NCBI GenBank assembly: GCA_951406725.2
Contig: OX597817.1
Span: 116,870,001 to 116,934,000 of the forward strand
Reading direction: 5' to 3'
Length of the DNA: 64,000 nucleotides
Source of the DNA: Octopus vulgaris
Lineage: Eukaryota
The notes below the pieces were generated by a model, which had not been told where the DNA came from, did no database searches, and worked only from the letters and a program-made list of their open reading frames with translations. Below, one piece after another: positions 25,055 through 38,697 of this stretch; the first letter of the stretch is position 1; every line of letters starts with the position of its first letter. The translations under genes and the position numbers were made by a program.

Positions 25055-25302
25055 ACTGTCAAAATTATTCTTGTTTAAGACAATTTTTATTTGTAATCCA
25101 CAAAAGTATAGCGTATAGAGTAACGCTTCAGATTAATGTAAAATTGTGTTTATTGCAACTGAACATAAAATAAACATTGATATACGTACATTCACACACA
25201 CACACCTACATCTCAAAAATACTAAAACTCTAAGGATTTGAGTGTGTTATTCCATATCTCATAAATAGTATATTTTATCGTAATTTCTCTATATTTATTT
25301 TC

Positions 25303-25526
25303 ATACTTACCTTCGGCAGTGTAGTACAAATGTTTGTGACATTTGGACCTCTATTTAAACGATTAAACAATTTTGTTGTTATTTCTTGTCGAAAAACATG
25401 CTTTCTGTGACGTCAACACACATACACACATACAGAATACACACACATATAATGAATATCATGGCGTGTCAATCAACACAAACACACGTCCTATATCTGT
25501 GACATATACACACAGAGCTTTCGCGC
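25303..25526 (-). promoter_or_regulatory. Candidate promoter and first-exon donor cluster
   Basis: E2F consensus TTTCGCGC at 25519-25526, CRE TGACGTCA at 25408-25415, consensus donor AAG|GTAAGTAT on the minus strand at 25311/25310. Confidence 0.3.
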
Positions 25527-26129
25527 TCACTGGGACAAAAAAAGAACGTCGACATTTTGACGGACATAATATTTTAATCATTTAGAAATATTTTTAAGTG
25601 AATGTGATTTCATTATCTAGATTTCTTTAATTTCCTTAGAAAATATTTATTTTTAATTACTTTTGCTTTAAAGTGAAAGAGAGGAGAAAGTGAATGATGT
25701 ATGTACGTGTATATGAAAGGAACGTGTGTGTGTGAAAAAGAGAGAGAGAGAAGGAGAGATAAAGAGAGAGAAGGAGATAAAGAAAGAGAGAGTGAATGAG
25801 GGTGTTTTGTCATGTATACTTACATACATCAATACGTATGTGTACAACTTTTTTGTATGTACTTGTGCATGAGCGCATGTAAGAGAGAGCGAGTGGGAGT
25901 GAGCGTGTGAGTGAACGTGTGTTTTCTCATATATGTGGAAGTGGCTCTCTCTCTCTCTCACATGTCCTTTTCATATATACGTTCTTACATCTTTCACTTT
26001 CTTCTCTCACTTTAACACAAAAGAAACAGGTGATTTTCAGTATAGAAATTGTTAAAAAGAAATTCCATTGTAGAAACTGACAAGCAATTCCTTGAATACT
26101 TTACCGGGCAAACTTGAGTAGTAAGTCTA

Positions 26130-26173
<44 letters not shown>

Positions 26174-27302
26174 GTACTTAAAAGCTGGATGAAGGCTGTC
26201 TACACGGTTTCAATTTATCAATATTATCTAGATATACCTGGAAATTACTTTAAACAGAGATGTCAGTATATACTTCTTCAATTTTATCTGGAAGTAATTC
26301 TGAAGTTTTTAGTTGTAAATGTTATACTCTGCATAAGATCGGGAACGTATTTGTTGAAATTTGAATGTAGTGAGTTTCGACTATGTTTTTAGACAGATTC
26401 TGTGCAAATGTTTTTTAAAAATTGCAAGATTGGTGCATATTAAAGTATAATCCAGCTTTCATATTCTTTCAATTATACAATTATTTTGAAATATATTTTT
26501 CAGAAAAGATACTAATATCTTTGCAAGCATATAAAGATGTTGTTCGCAAATATTGCCTATTCTTTCACAAAAGCCTCATATTCTACTAAGTAATTAAAAT
26601 TAATTTTTTGTAATATATACTTCAGAACTGGAAGGTCTTCTTTCAGATTTTAGTTTTTTAGCATGTATAAATTGGCGTTATCAATATTTTAATTCGTCCA
26701 TTTATATTGGGTTGCTTTGTTTTTAAACATATAGTTTGGTTTGAAGCCTCAGCAAAAGATGGGTTGGTCTAAAACTATATTACTTAGATATATAACCTGA
26801 AGATAATTTAAATATTACGTTAATTCAATTTCTTACAAATAATGCTACTCTCACTCTCTTATGAACATAAAGCATTTTTGCTTGCTTTTGTCTAGTTTTA
26901 AAACTAGTTTTATAAGCATTTTAACATATAAATTATATTATACGATATAATGTCTTTGTATAGTTTTTATTTGTCTGCTGGCACAGTAAGTGCAGCAAAA
27001 ATATATTAAGTGGACGTTAAATTGTTTTAATGTTGGTAGACTCACTAGTTTCATATAAGCGTAAAATAGTCTAAATAGTATTACAATTTTAAACTAATGA
27101 CACAGCGATGGTAAATTTCATTTCGAGGTTAAATTTTGGTAATTGTACATAAATTAATGGTATGAATATTAAATTTAAAATTCCTACTTGATATTGTGGT
27201 AAATTTCTGATTATAAATATATATAGAGGTGTGTATAAGTATTTGTCTGTATATACATCCACAGACACACACACAGACGCACAAAGACACACAGACACAC
27301 AA

Positions 27303-27340
<38 letters not shown>

Positions 27341-27503
27341 ACACAAATAAATTATATATATTTACAATTAAGTTGCTAGAAATAGGAGTCAACACCCCCA
27401 AACTGAAAAGTTCTCACTGTAAGTGATACAAGCAAGCTAGTATTTCAGTACCCCAATGTATTTGTATATATCTTGCCTATTTAGGTTAAGATTGCTGGCC
27501 ATT

Positions 27504-27586
27504 TTCTTCTTCTTCTTCTTCTTCTTCTTCTTCTTCTTCTTCTTCTTCTTCTTCTTCTTCTTCTTCTTCTTCTTCTTCTTCTTCTT

Positions 27587-27614
<28 letters not shown>
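27504..27614. repeat. (TTC)n microsatellite
   Basis: Pure trinucleotide run. Confidence 0.98.
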
Positions 27615-27617
<3 letters not shown>

Positions 27618-27639
27618 ATAATGGTAATAATATTCTTTT

Positions 27640-27927
27640 ATTCTTTTTATTCTCTTATATGTTTTAGTCATTTGACTGCGGCCATGCTGTAGCACTGCCT
27701 TCAGTCGAACAAATCGACCCTAGGACTTATTCTTTGTAAGCCGAGTACTTAGCCTATCGGTCACTTATCGGAAACGCTAAATTACGTGGAAGTAATCACA
27801 CCAGTATTGGTTGTCAAGCAAAGGTGCAGAGAGAAAAACAGTGACGCAAACATACACACACAAACACACACGCACACACACACACACACACACACAAACA
27901 GACTCACATATATATATATATATATGA

Positions 27928-27959
<32 letters not shown>

Positions 27960-28098
27960 GACGGGCTTCTTTCAGTTTCCGTCAACAATATCAACTCGCA
28001 AGGCTTTGGTCGGTCGAGGCTATAGTAGCACACACTTACCCAAACTGCCATGCAGTGGGACTGAGCCCCGAACCATGTGGTTGGTAATCAAGCTACTT
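27640..28098 (-). mobile_element. SINE family A, interrupted in its tRNA head; the remainder is at 30064-30093
   Basis: ...AACCATGTGGTTGGTAATCAAGCTACTT continues after the insert as AGCTACTTACAACACAGCCACTCCCGCGCC. Confidence 0.88.
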
Positions 28099-30063
28099 TT
28101 ATTCATTAAATTTACCGTTTAGGCAGCACATATTTAAGGTAGCTGTGCGAGCTTAACACAGACATTGATGAGGCGAATCTTTATGATACAAAAATGATAA
28201 ATGATGGGAGATGACAGAAAGCGCCCGCCGACCCTCTGCTTCTCTATAACATTGTTCTTTAAAAACACATATACAGAGGTATTAACCCACTTACAATTTA
28301 AAATACAATATATTTGGACTAAAATGTCCATACAAATATAAAACACAATTTATGCACAAATTGGAGGCGATAAACCTTTACAATCCTTCTCCGCAATCCG
28401 GGGCTCCAAAAAAAGAATTCTATAGTTCTCATTTTTACACGAATCAATTATGAGATCACAGTACTCTCTTTCAAGCAACAGAGCAGCCACATGCAGAGGC
28501 AACTGTGTACTGTCCATATCATTTTCCACGAAACTGTTAATAGCCCCTCCCCTGAGATAGAAGAACATATATTCTTCACCACTTTCCGTGGAAGGGTCCT
28601 CAACTCCCTTGCTCGGTGGCACACATCCCACTGAAGGAGTTTCAGAACAAGCCGTCGCCGGCAATGCCCCGTTTTTCTTCTTTCTCTTCTCTTTACCTGT
28701 TATGACAGAAGGGTGGAGTTCCTCCGACATCTCCAGAGGACACTTTCCCCTGCCGTCTCAGGATCCATCGGTGGGCAAACATTGCTGCCCACCTTTCTTT
28801 TCTTCCCTTTTGTTTTCGAGGAAGTTACCTCCTCCTTAACTTTTTCCTGCACTGGGAGAGCTGTGGGCACCTTTTAAATTATCAGTTCCAGGACCCTTGC
28901 CTTGTCCCGGCAAGAGTTCTTCTTTATGTGGCCCGATTCCAGGCACAAGTGACACTTTGGGGGACGTCCCTCAACCATCACCGGGTACCTGGATGCGACC
29001 ATTGTTAAAAAATCTGGTAAAACCAGATTTTCGGCTGATTGGGTCTATAGTGTCAAAATTGCTTTTGAGCCGACCCAATCAACCGCAGGTAAGATTTTTA
29101 CATTTAAGTGCCTGGCAGGGCCGCCACCCAGGCCCCGATGGATAGTGTCTTCTGTCCACTTGGTCACTATACCGGGTGGCAGCCCACACACCCAGGCTCT
29201 TGTCGACTTTCTACCGCCATAAGTAGGGAGAAGTAAAATGTTCTTCCCCTCTAAAGGCATGCTCGCAAAATCATCAGCTTCCACAGTGGTATCAAAAAGT
29301 ACACAGACAGTACAATACTTCGCACCTCTGCGGATAAACCTAACAGTTGGCAGATAGTCTGCCAATTCTTCCTCAATTTTTTCCTGAGAGAAGACCTTGA
29401 TGGTGTCAAGGACCCTGGAATAGGTCCTTAACACCACCGTTCTTTCCGTATAATTTTTCAACCATTCTTTGGGGACCTCAATTTGCCACTCCAAAGCGGA
29501 TTTCACAGTTGCTATGTTGATAGCCAAAACAAAAATAAAAATCCACAAACAAAAATGAAAATGCTCAAGTGAAAGTCTATAAAGAAATTAAAAAAAGCTC
29601 AGAAAAACAGACAGGAGAAGAAAGAGCGAATGATGATAATTCATAATGGCAACCCAACACAGTTCTGATACTCCGGTAATCCAAAATGGTAGCACTTCGC
29701 AGCACAAATAGCATTCCGTCCAACTCTGGCTGTACTCATATGCTTTATAGCAAAAATCCACTTGAAAGAGTACAAACACTGTCATAGAAAATACCCAAAA
29801 AGTTTCGGAGGGACACGCCTCGCAAATTAAACACAATTCTCCCTACGAAGTGAGTCGTCTGTTACGACCACTGGCAAACAAATGCCTGGAACCCAGTGGA
29901 GACCTGTGTTCGAAAAAAATACTTAAATGCAAACAGCAAATCCCACTAAGCTCCTCAAAAACAAATTCTTTACCTATGGTCGTGCTCAAGTGTTCAATTT
30001 TTCACGTACGACGTGACTTTCACCGCGACGAAAAACAAAGCAACAACTTTGTAGCAGAAAGCT
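28099..30063 (-). mobile_element. TSD-bounded non-LTR element of 1965 bp encoding only an L1/Tx1-ORF1-like protein (HAL1-like), decayed
   Basis: 8-bp TSD AGCTACTT at 28091-28098 and 30064-30071; ORF pieces 29045-29548 (RRM-like, resembling the ORF1 remnant near 41900-42100) and 28350-28730; no EN or RT motifs seen. Confidence 0.7.
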
Positions 30064-30199
30064 AGCTACTTACAACACAGCCACTCCCGCGCCCATTTAT
30101 CAATTTTTAAAAAACTTTAAATAATACATTAAATAATACATTAAATTTAAATCTTTAACTTACTTTTTGTTCTGCTTTGAATGAAATGGAATTAATGAA

Positions 30200-31160
30200 A
30201 ATATTCAATTCACAATAGAACATTACCAAGAAAAACTACCATTTCTAGACATCTTCATTAAGAAAGTCGGTAACAAAACAGACACAGATATATATTATAA
30301 ACTGACAGACTCAAAACAGTACCTACCATTTGACTCATGCCACCTAAGACACACAAGAATGAATATCCCTTTCTGTTTAGCCAGAAGGATTTGCACTATA
30401 GTATCGGACACAAACACCGGACATACATGTCTCCAGGAACTACACTCATGAAAAGGAATTATCCTCAACCCCTAATAGACATTACAATCCAACGAGCACT
30501 TAAACTAAATATAGAAGACCTGAGACAACCAAAACCAAAAGAGGAAGAATACGCTACCCTACATCACTACACACAACCCACTTAACAACGACGCCTTCAA
30601 CACCATACTCCAAAGCACAGCCCTACTCCAAGGACACCCAAAGATGGACCGAATCCTCCAAACGCACACCATCATAAAAAGTAAACGGCAACCAAAATCC
30701 TTAAAGAACAGTTTAAACCAGGCTAAACTGCACCCAATAACAACCACAAAATCAACAGTTAAAGGGTAGAAAGCCCAAAAGCGGGATCTGTGTCATCATA
30801 GTAGAAGGTTCGGAATGCACATTAGAGCAAGGCCATCATTTTACCATCAGAACAAACTTCACCCGTGCATCGGAAAACTTAATGTACGTGATAACATGCG
30901 CAGGGTGCAATAGGCAATATATGTTGGCCCTACAAAGAACAGCCTACGGAAAAGAATGGCAGTACATAAATCTCAAATCAGGAATCCTGAATAGAGAAAA
31001 ATACCTGTCGGCGGCCACATAGACAGATGTGCATCAAATAAAAATCCAAAATTCACAACTTTCCCACTTTACCAATTCAATAACAACGTAACTTTCACTA
31101 AACGTCATAACAAAGAACTACATTTCATTAGAAAATTCAGACGGAATCTAAACAACTTAG
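30200..31160 (+). pseudogene. Penelope-like element: RT 3' part, thumb and GIY-YIG endonuclease remnant
   Basis: Manual translation IQFTIEHYQEKLPFLDIFIKK...DIYYKLTDSKQYLPFDSCH...NIPFCLARRICTIVSD, then FTIRTNFTRASENLMYVITCAGCNRQY; frameshifted and 5'-truncated. Confidence 0.9.
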
Positions 31161-31304
31161 GCCAAGAACATTAAAACCATACATTGGTTATCCAAAAAGA
31201 AAAAAAAAGGGATTCTACAACTGCAACCACCACTGACACTACTACTGCAAACAACGGTGTCTGCTACTACTGCTTTACAGCCAACGGTCACTTCAACTAC
31301 TACA

Positions 31305-31369
<65 letters not shown>

Positions 31370-31723
31370 AGCCAATGTACTACTGCTACAACTCCAACCA
31401 CATCGATCACTACTATTACTACTACTTCTACTACGACCAACGGTCTCTGCTACTACTGCTATTACGGCCAACGGTCACTTTTACGATTACAGCCAACGAT
31501 TCTAGTCAACGCACAAGACAGGCATTATGCTCTCCCCCATAAAACACCACCACATGGACTCTGTTGAGACTAGTAAAAAATAATTATGAACTGCTTTATT
31601 ACACTTAACTTTTAAAAATATTTTTAATAAGGTTCGTTTTTTCAAGGAGAACCGGAACGTAAAATCTCTAAGAAAATTAAAATTTATCTTATATAGTGGT
31701 ATTTTCAAACTTCTTTTTTATAA

Positions 31724-31727
<4 letters not shown>
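31161..31727 (+). repeat. Penelope 3' pseudo-LTR region with (CTA)n array, CAGCCAACGGTC repeats and a relic hammerhead
   Basis: Directly follows the GIY-YIG ORF and ends at (TA)n near 31728; relic motif at 31620-31665. Confidence 0.55.
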
Positions 31728-31812
<85 letters not shown>

Positions 31813-34812
31813 TTTGTGTGTGTGTGTGTGTATGTATGTATACATATGTTTGTGTGCTTGTCTGTATCTCTCATGTTGTGTACATTGCCCTAAAATTATT
31901 GCCGCTACTTGTATTTATATTCATTGCGTAAATTAGCGGATCGACACATAAATAGCAAACATTTGACACTGGCGTGTTACGGTGAACATCCTGACAGCCG
32001 TTCGGTAACGACAATCATTAAAGTCGTGTAAGAACAACAGTACGTATCAGCATTTTCTGGTTAAGTAGATATTTCTCTTAAAATCAATATGGCGGGATGA
32101 TTTTGATTTTGATTAAAGCATGTCCGTTTATTTTCTTGCTATAGGTTTAGCTTAGCTCACGAGTAGCCTTAATAGTGCAGACATACGTGTAATCACATCC
32201 CAATGATAGTTTTCTCGCTTTCCTACATTTATACAGTGCTCTTGCTCAAAATATTTCTTGTAAACTTTATTCAAGGCAGTTGGAGTTTCATTGGGATTTG
32301 CAGCTATTTCTAGACTCGGGACAAAAATCACAGTTTCTTTAACTTGTTTGCTAATTACATATTGATCTATAACAAATAATATTTTCTTCTCTTTGAAAAA
32401 AATATATAATCCATCACACTGCCGAGAATGTATACTGAGTATAATAGAGGTATTTAGTACAAAGGAAACAAATGGTAATTTAAGTCATGTTTCATTTAAA
32501 TTATCTACTTATCTTTCATCCGTTTCTGTGTATGTATAACTACATTCTGTCGAGATTGAATATGTGACAGTTGTCAAAGCATTAAATAAGAAATTATTAT
32601 AAGCTAAAACGAATGTCGGAAACGAATATTGTAAATGGTGAAAAATACGTGCTAGGATATAATTATACAAAGTGCATTCCAATTATAATTGTCATGTTAT
32701 TTTATTATTAAATAGAAACTATATCGTATACAACACGCACTATTTATTCCACGAACAACTGTATTACAAAGAAGTAACATCATATAACCTACATCGACAA
32801 ATAGATTTAACAAGCAATCATATTTATCCTAACGGAATGGCCATTTTCCAAACTGTGTCAATTTCAATCAATTTCATAAAATATGAAATCAAATCCAACA
32901 AAAGGAGAAAATAAAGTAAAAAGACAAAAATTAACAGATTTCCCTAAAGCAGAAAAACCTGTTTAAATTCACAATGTGTCCAATTCAAATAAAAGCCATC
33001 AATCAGACAATATTTTCGAAATTGATTCAATGCCACTTTCAAAATAATTGGGAAGAAAATTGGAATATTTCCCTGGCTGGCATCATTTACAATTGTTAAA
33101 CAATACATAAATTTATTTAAATCTCATAAAACAATATCGTCCTGATATAAATGGAGATTACTTTCAAATATATTTCACAAAAAGCCAGCTTACTTCTCCA
33201 GAATGATGTCATATTAAAAGCAGAAAATAATTAACCCATCATGGTTTCAGTTTTAAATCCTTATTTCGATAACACGCTTTCGTTTTAGAGCACATGAGGA
33301 AAACTTCCAAATACACTGTATGTAAACTTTTAGTATAAATTATATTATTATGATTATAACTTTTTCAAAGACGTAATGGATAGGAGAACGTAATTTTTGA
33401 ATAGGACGAAAATTATTTGCTTCAGATCGGACAGCTCAGCATGGTGCACCCGGTGACCAAATACCTCACTACATTTTTCGTGGGCAGGTATAGCACGTGG
33501 CCGAGTATATTTTACTGTCTCAAAATGATGGACTCCGCTAGATATCTCAGTCCAATTATTTTCATGAGGTTGTCTAACCTTAATAAAATACTTCTCAGAT
33601 TGCCACATTTTGTGCATTATTTTAATCAAATTTATTGATAATGCTAATATTCATGTTCTTGTTACTCAGCAAGGATGTTCTTTGGGCTCAGGTCAGCACT
33701 GAGCGAAAAGATTTATGGAATTTTCAATTACACTCGCTTGGTTGTTGGTTGTTTCTTTTCGGACTACCTTCTCCAATATTTCTTTTCTCTTAAAACCAAG
33801 TTGATTTGAACTATGGACGATTCGGGTGTTCTAGTCGAGTGACCGTACGGACACTTATTTCAATTTAGTTGAAACAATAAAGTGCTGGACTCAATGTCAA
33901 TATTAATATATTTCAACTTTCTAAATTATAATTTAAAACCATTTTAGGTGTTTACATAATTACTTGCAATAGACAGCGATTGATGCAGTCTCTTAACTTA
34001 ACATCGTAGTTTGCAAAAGTTGACTTTTATAATTTTGTTAGACATTAACCACAAAGTGTAAACACATGTTTGGAAATATCCACATTTCTTGAATACGAAA
34101 TTAGTATATCAAACGGCAGATGAATTGAAATTCTTCTTATTTATCTATTGAGTTGAGTATAAATGTCACACACGCTTTGAATTTGTCGTGTAATCGTACG
34201 AAACACTGATCATTCCCGTTGTTGCATTGTTTGAAAATATTGAAACATTGGTTGACTAAACAGCTTATCCACATGAATGGAAGCTTGACTTTAAACCCTG
34301 TAATAACAAAATAAAGGCATAAACAATATCAACAAGAATAATCTTTAATATATAACCAAACCTTTCATAGCCATTCAAAATCCTGTTTCCATCACATATA
34401 ACTTCGACTAAATACAAACTACGACAAAATGTTCGGTACGTGTCGAAAACATATCATTTGCATACTCGTGTTTACATTTCTCAATCTCATACATACATAA
34501 ATACACACCCACGCACAAACATATAGAATATAAATAAGCTACAAAGATGTACATATGTCAATTCATTACGGCCGTTTCAAGTGGTTCTGTTTAATTCTTT
34601 AATGAAAACATTACATCAATTTGAAAGAAGACTTGATATTCAATATTCAAATACAGATTATACTGAACTAGCAACATTATACTGAACACACAGACAGACG
34701 CACATACACACACACTCGCACACATACATATATCAAAAAGAAAATGGAGAAATCGATATGCAGACATCAATTTATTGAAACATCCCTTATACAGGTTTTT
34801 ATATCCTTGAAA

Positions 34813-34928
<116 letters not shown>

Positions 34929-35284
34929 TCATTTACACGTGTCGGAATGTATGTGCGTAAAGGTGTTTAGATATTTTAATAATGAAAAAAATACACGGAT
35001 AGAAAAACTTGATACCGAAGGTTGTTTCACATTACTTATTTGAGTAATTAATTGCGTTCTGTGTTTTGCAGTTTCGTGTTTCTTGTTAGAGCTAAAATGA
35101 TTTTGTATTAATCACAAATGCACAAACAGAATAAAAAGGCACAGAAGGGACATAAGGAACAGCTACTGCACGTAGTAGGCAACTGCACTACATTTCTGTA
35201 TTTCTGTAGTCCGACAGCACAAGCGTAGAATAATATTAGATAAATATACCTACTGTTCTTGATGTATAAGATCCGCAGATCACC

Positions 35285-37292
35285 CTGATCGAATATGTGT
35301 ATCGGCATATCTATCCCAGAGTATGGTTGCTTTCTCGTTTTCTGTGACCTTTTCTGGTGTGTGCCTATACCATCTTTTTTCTGTTGTTATTCCGTAATGT
35401 TGGCATAGCTTCCAGTGTACGTAGGTTCCAACTCTGTCATGTCTGTGAATATATTCCTTCTTAGCCAGGACTGGGCAGCTAGAGATAATATGATTTATTG
35501 TTTCTTGTCCATCTCCACATATTCTGCAGTTACTTGTAATATTTCTTTTCATTACATGTTTTTGGTAATTTCTGGTGGGGAGGCTTTGGTCTTGTGCTGC
35601 AATTAAAAATCCCTCTGTTTCTGCTTTGAGTCCTGAGCTTCTCAACCATTGCTGGGATTTTTCTTTGTATATTTCTTTTGCGTTTAGTTTAGTGCAGTAT
35701 TTACCATGAAGGGGCTTTTCTTGCCATCGTTTTATCATGGCTCATTGCTGTTCTACTTTTAGTTTGGATTTCATTTGTTTTATAGCTTTTGTTGTTTCTT
35801 CATCATCATCATCTTCTTCTTTGTGTTTATTAGGTGGTATGATTTCTTGTTTGTATTTGTCATCTTCCTTAAATACTGAGAACAGTTTTTTTGTTTTGCT
35901 CGTGTTTTGCTTCTATCTGGATCAGTTTTCCTTCCTTCTGAAGTAGATATTTTTGCAGTCCTATGGTGGTTATTTTATAGTAGTTTTCCAGCTGTATAAG
36001 GCCTCTACCATCTTCTATACGTTGGATATATAGTATTTCTATGTCAGATTTTGGGTGATGCATCCTAGATCCTGTCAGTATTTTTCTTGTTTTCCTATCT
36101 ATTTTGGACAGTTCATTTCGTGTCCAGTTAAGGATATTGTAGCTGTAACTTATAACTGGGACAGCTAAAGTGTTGATACCTATTATCTTGTTTTTAGCAT
36201 TGAGCTCTGTTTTTAGTATTGATCTAACTCGTCTATAATATTCTTTTTTTATTTTCTCTTTCATCTGTGTGTGTTGTGTCTTATCTAGTTCATGGATTCC
36301 TAAGTATTTGTAAGTTTGGCTTTGGTCTAATTCTTCTATTTCATTGGTTTTATCTAGTGTGATGTTGTTACTCTTAACTAGTTTTCCTCTTTTCATGGTT
36401 ACTTTGGCGCATTTTTCTAATCCAAATTTCATATCTATTTCTTTGGTAAATCCATGAACTGTCTTTAATAGTGTTTCCAGCTGTTTGTCATTTGCAGCGT
36501 ATAGTTTTAGGTCATCCATATATAAAAGGCGGCTGATCGTTTTGCCGTAACATTTATATCCGCATCCAGTTCTATTTAGCATATCAGATAGAGGTGACAG
36601 TGCCAAGCAGAAAAGGAGTAGAGAGATCGTGTCTCCCTGGAATATTCCTCTTCTAATGGGGATGTCTTTGGTTTTCATGAGTCCCTCTTTTGTTTGGAGG
36701 TGTAGGACTGTTTGCCATTTATTCATAGAGTGCTCTATGAATTTTATGATTGTTGGTGCTACTTTGTTAATGGCTAGTGTTTCGAGGATCCATGTGTGGG
36801 GGATGCTATCAAACGCCTTTTTGTAGTCAATCCAGGCCATACTGAGGCCTTTCTTCTTTCTGTGGCTGTCTTCAGTTACGGCTTTATTAATCATTAGTTG
36901 ATCTTTACAGCCATATGAGCCCTTGCGGCATCCTCTCTGCTCTTCTGGGAACAGTTTGTTTTCGTCCAGGTGCTTGTTCAGCCTTTGCGATATCACTGCA
37001 GTAAATGCCTTGAACATAGTAGGGAGGCAGGTTATTGGTCTGTAGTTTTCTGGTTTTGTTGTTTCATTTGATTTGTGAATTAAGATGGTTTTCCCCTTCG
37101 TGAGCCATTCAGGCATTGTCTCTGGCTCTGCTAGTATGCTGTTAAAGTTTTCAGCCAGCTTTTTGTGCATTCCTGTTAGATATTTCAACCAGAAGTTGGG
37201 GATCTTGTCATGCCCAGGTGCCTTCCGGTTCCTTAGTTTTTGCAGTGCCTGGGTAACCTCTTCAGTTGTTATGGGGGTCCAAAGTTGTTCAG

Positions 37293-37296
<4 letters not shown>
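35285..37296 (-). mobile_element. R4/Dong-clade (RLE) non-LTR retrotransposon, RT and CCHC fragment truncated at both ends
   Basis: KAPGHDKI, NYRPITCLPT, EQRGCRKGSYGC, WIDYKKAFDSIPH, RGIFQGD, LLYMDD, YKYLGI; then AAQDQSLPTR, CRICGDGQETINHIISSC, RHDRV; 5' junction abuts (TAA)n at 37297-37410. Confidence 0.95.
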
Positions 37297-37386
<90 letters not shown>

Positions 37387-37412
37387 CATCATTATTATCA
37401 TTATTATTATGC

Positions 37413-37622
37413 AGGCAGTGAATTGGTAGAATCATTACCGTGCCGAACATAATGCAACACAGCATTTCTTCTGATTTACGTTCTGGGTTCAGACGCCGTC
37501 AAAGTTGACTTTGTCTGTCATCCTGCAGGTTTCTTAAAATATGTACCAGTTGAATACTAAAGTTGGCGAAATCGGCTATATTGTTCCCGTAAAATTTCAG
37601 TCCGTAAATCTGTTGTAAAATT
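37413..37622 (+). mobile_element. SINE family B, decayed
   Basis: GGCAGTGAATTGGTAGAATCATTA...TTTACGTTCTGGGTTCAGA...GTTGACTTTG...GTACCAGTTGA. Confidence 0.7.
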
Positions 37623-37988
37623 ATTATTACTAGTAGTGTTTGTTGCTGAAATTGTTCAGATAGGCTAAAATTTTGTTGCGATTACTATTCGATGTTTCAC
37701 AAGAGAAAATCAACGAAGTAACATTTTTTTCATTTTAGATTTTATTTCATACAGAGATATTTAATATGCTTCCGTAAGTTTAGCTTATAATGACATTAGA
37801 CAACATGGCCATTTCGTAATACATTGCCATTTATAATCTACCCTATGGATGTAAAGAAAAAGATGGTACAAAGTTTCCGTTATAGCCTTTTGAATAAATA
37901 ACATCGAGCAAAGGAAAATAGCAACAAATATAAATAATGTCGAAAACATTTCAAGGGGCCCAATGCAGAAGATGAAATGAACTGCAAA

Positions 37989-38090
37989 GGAAAGAATGAC
38001 ATTTAAAAAATATATATCATAACTGGTAACATGTTCAACAACAATGATAAAAAGACTGTGTACATGCACATATATTACGTACAAAAACAT
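37989..38090. repeat. Dispersed repeat of about 100 bp; second copy at 40113-40210
   Basis: GGAAAGAATGACATTTAA...TCATAA(C/G)TGGTAACATGTTCAACAACAATGATAAAAA is shared. Confidence 0.85.
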
Positions 38091-38647
38091 GGCTTACAAT
38101 AGCAAAACATCATTATTTTTAAGGACCAACATTTCTTGAAATATACACTAATTGAAGGGACAAAATATTGACATCATGATGTCCACAAAATAAGAGCCAA
38201 CCTGCCCCGATCCATCATAAAAGCGTAGGATAGGAAGATTATAATATACTAGTACTTTGTATAGACATCCGAGGTATTTCGTTTCTGAATTATAGGGAGA
38301 GCCACTGACAGCTCTGGCACACAGTTTCAACGAACTCCTTTATTTGGTAGAGAGAAGTCATATGGGCTTGTATATGTCGTCATATTAAAAATAGAGGGTG
38401 AGGGTGAAAGGACAAGTTCAAATTATACGCGCCGATACTAAATCAGTAAATTCATTTCAAACTGCACTGATCACTTTTGTGTGGACATGAATGACTTGGA
38501 AATGATGTATACTGCGTTACTTTAACTCCTGCTGATTAAAGTGCGGACAGAAAATTGCTATTAGCATTGTAGGTTTTTGTTCTCATCCGCATTAGCTAGT
38601 TCCGTTTTAGGAAGAGAAGTTCCTAACAACTTGCGAATGACTCATAC

Positions 38648-38697
38648 GTTGTCTGCCACTGACGAAGTAAAATTACCCCGAAACATTGGTGTCCAAC
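38648..38697 (+). ncRNA. Hammerhead ribozyme motif with intact catalytic core
   Basis: gttg-tctgcca-CTGACGA-aGTAA-aa-TTAC-ccc-GAAAC-ATTGGT-GTC-caac; stems I and II are imperfect. Confidence 0.55.

Noticed and set aside
31230-31500. Repeated CCAACGGTC units as a CRISPR-like array
   Set aside because: Spacers are (CTA)n microsatellite, the context is eukaryotic and there are no cas genes; it is a minisatellite in the Penelope tail
33354-33638. Possible Tc1-like transposase relic (weak WPxRSPDL resemblance near 33440-33485)
   Set aside because: Needs several frameshifts and substitutions; no TIRs found
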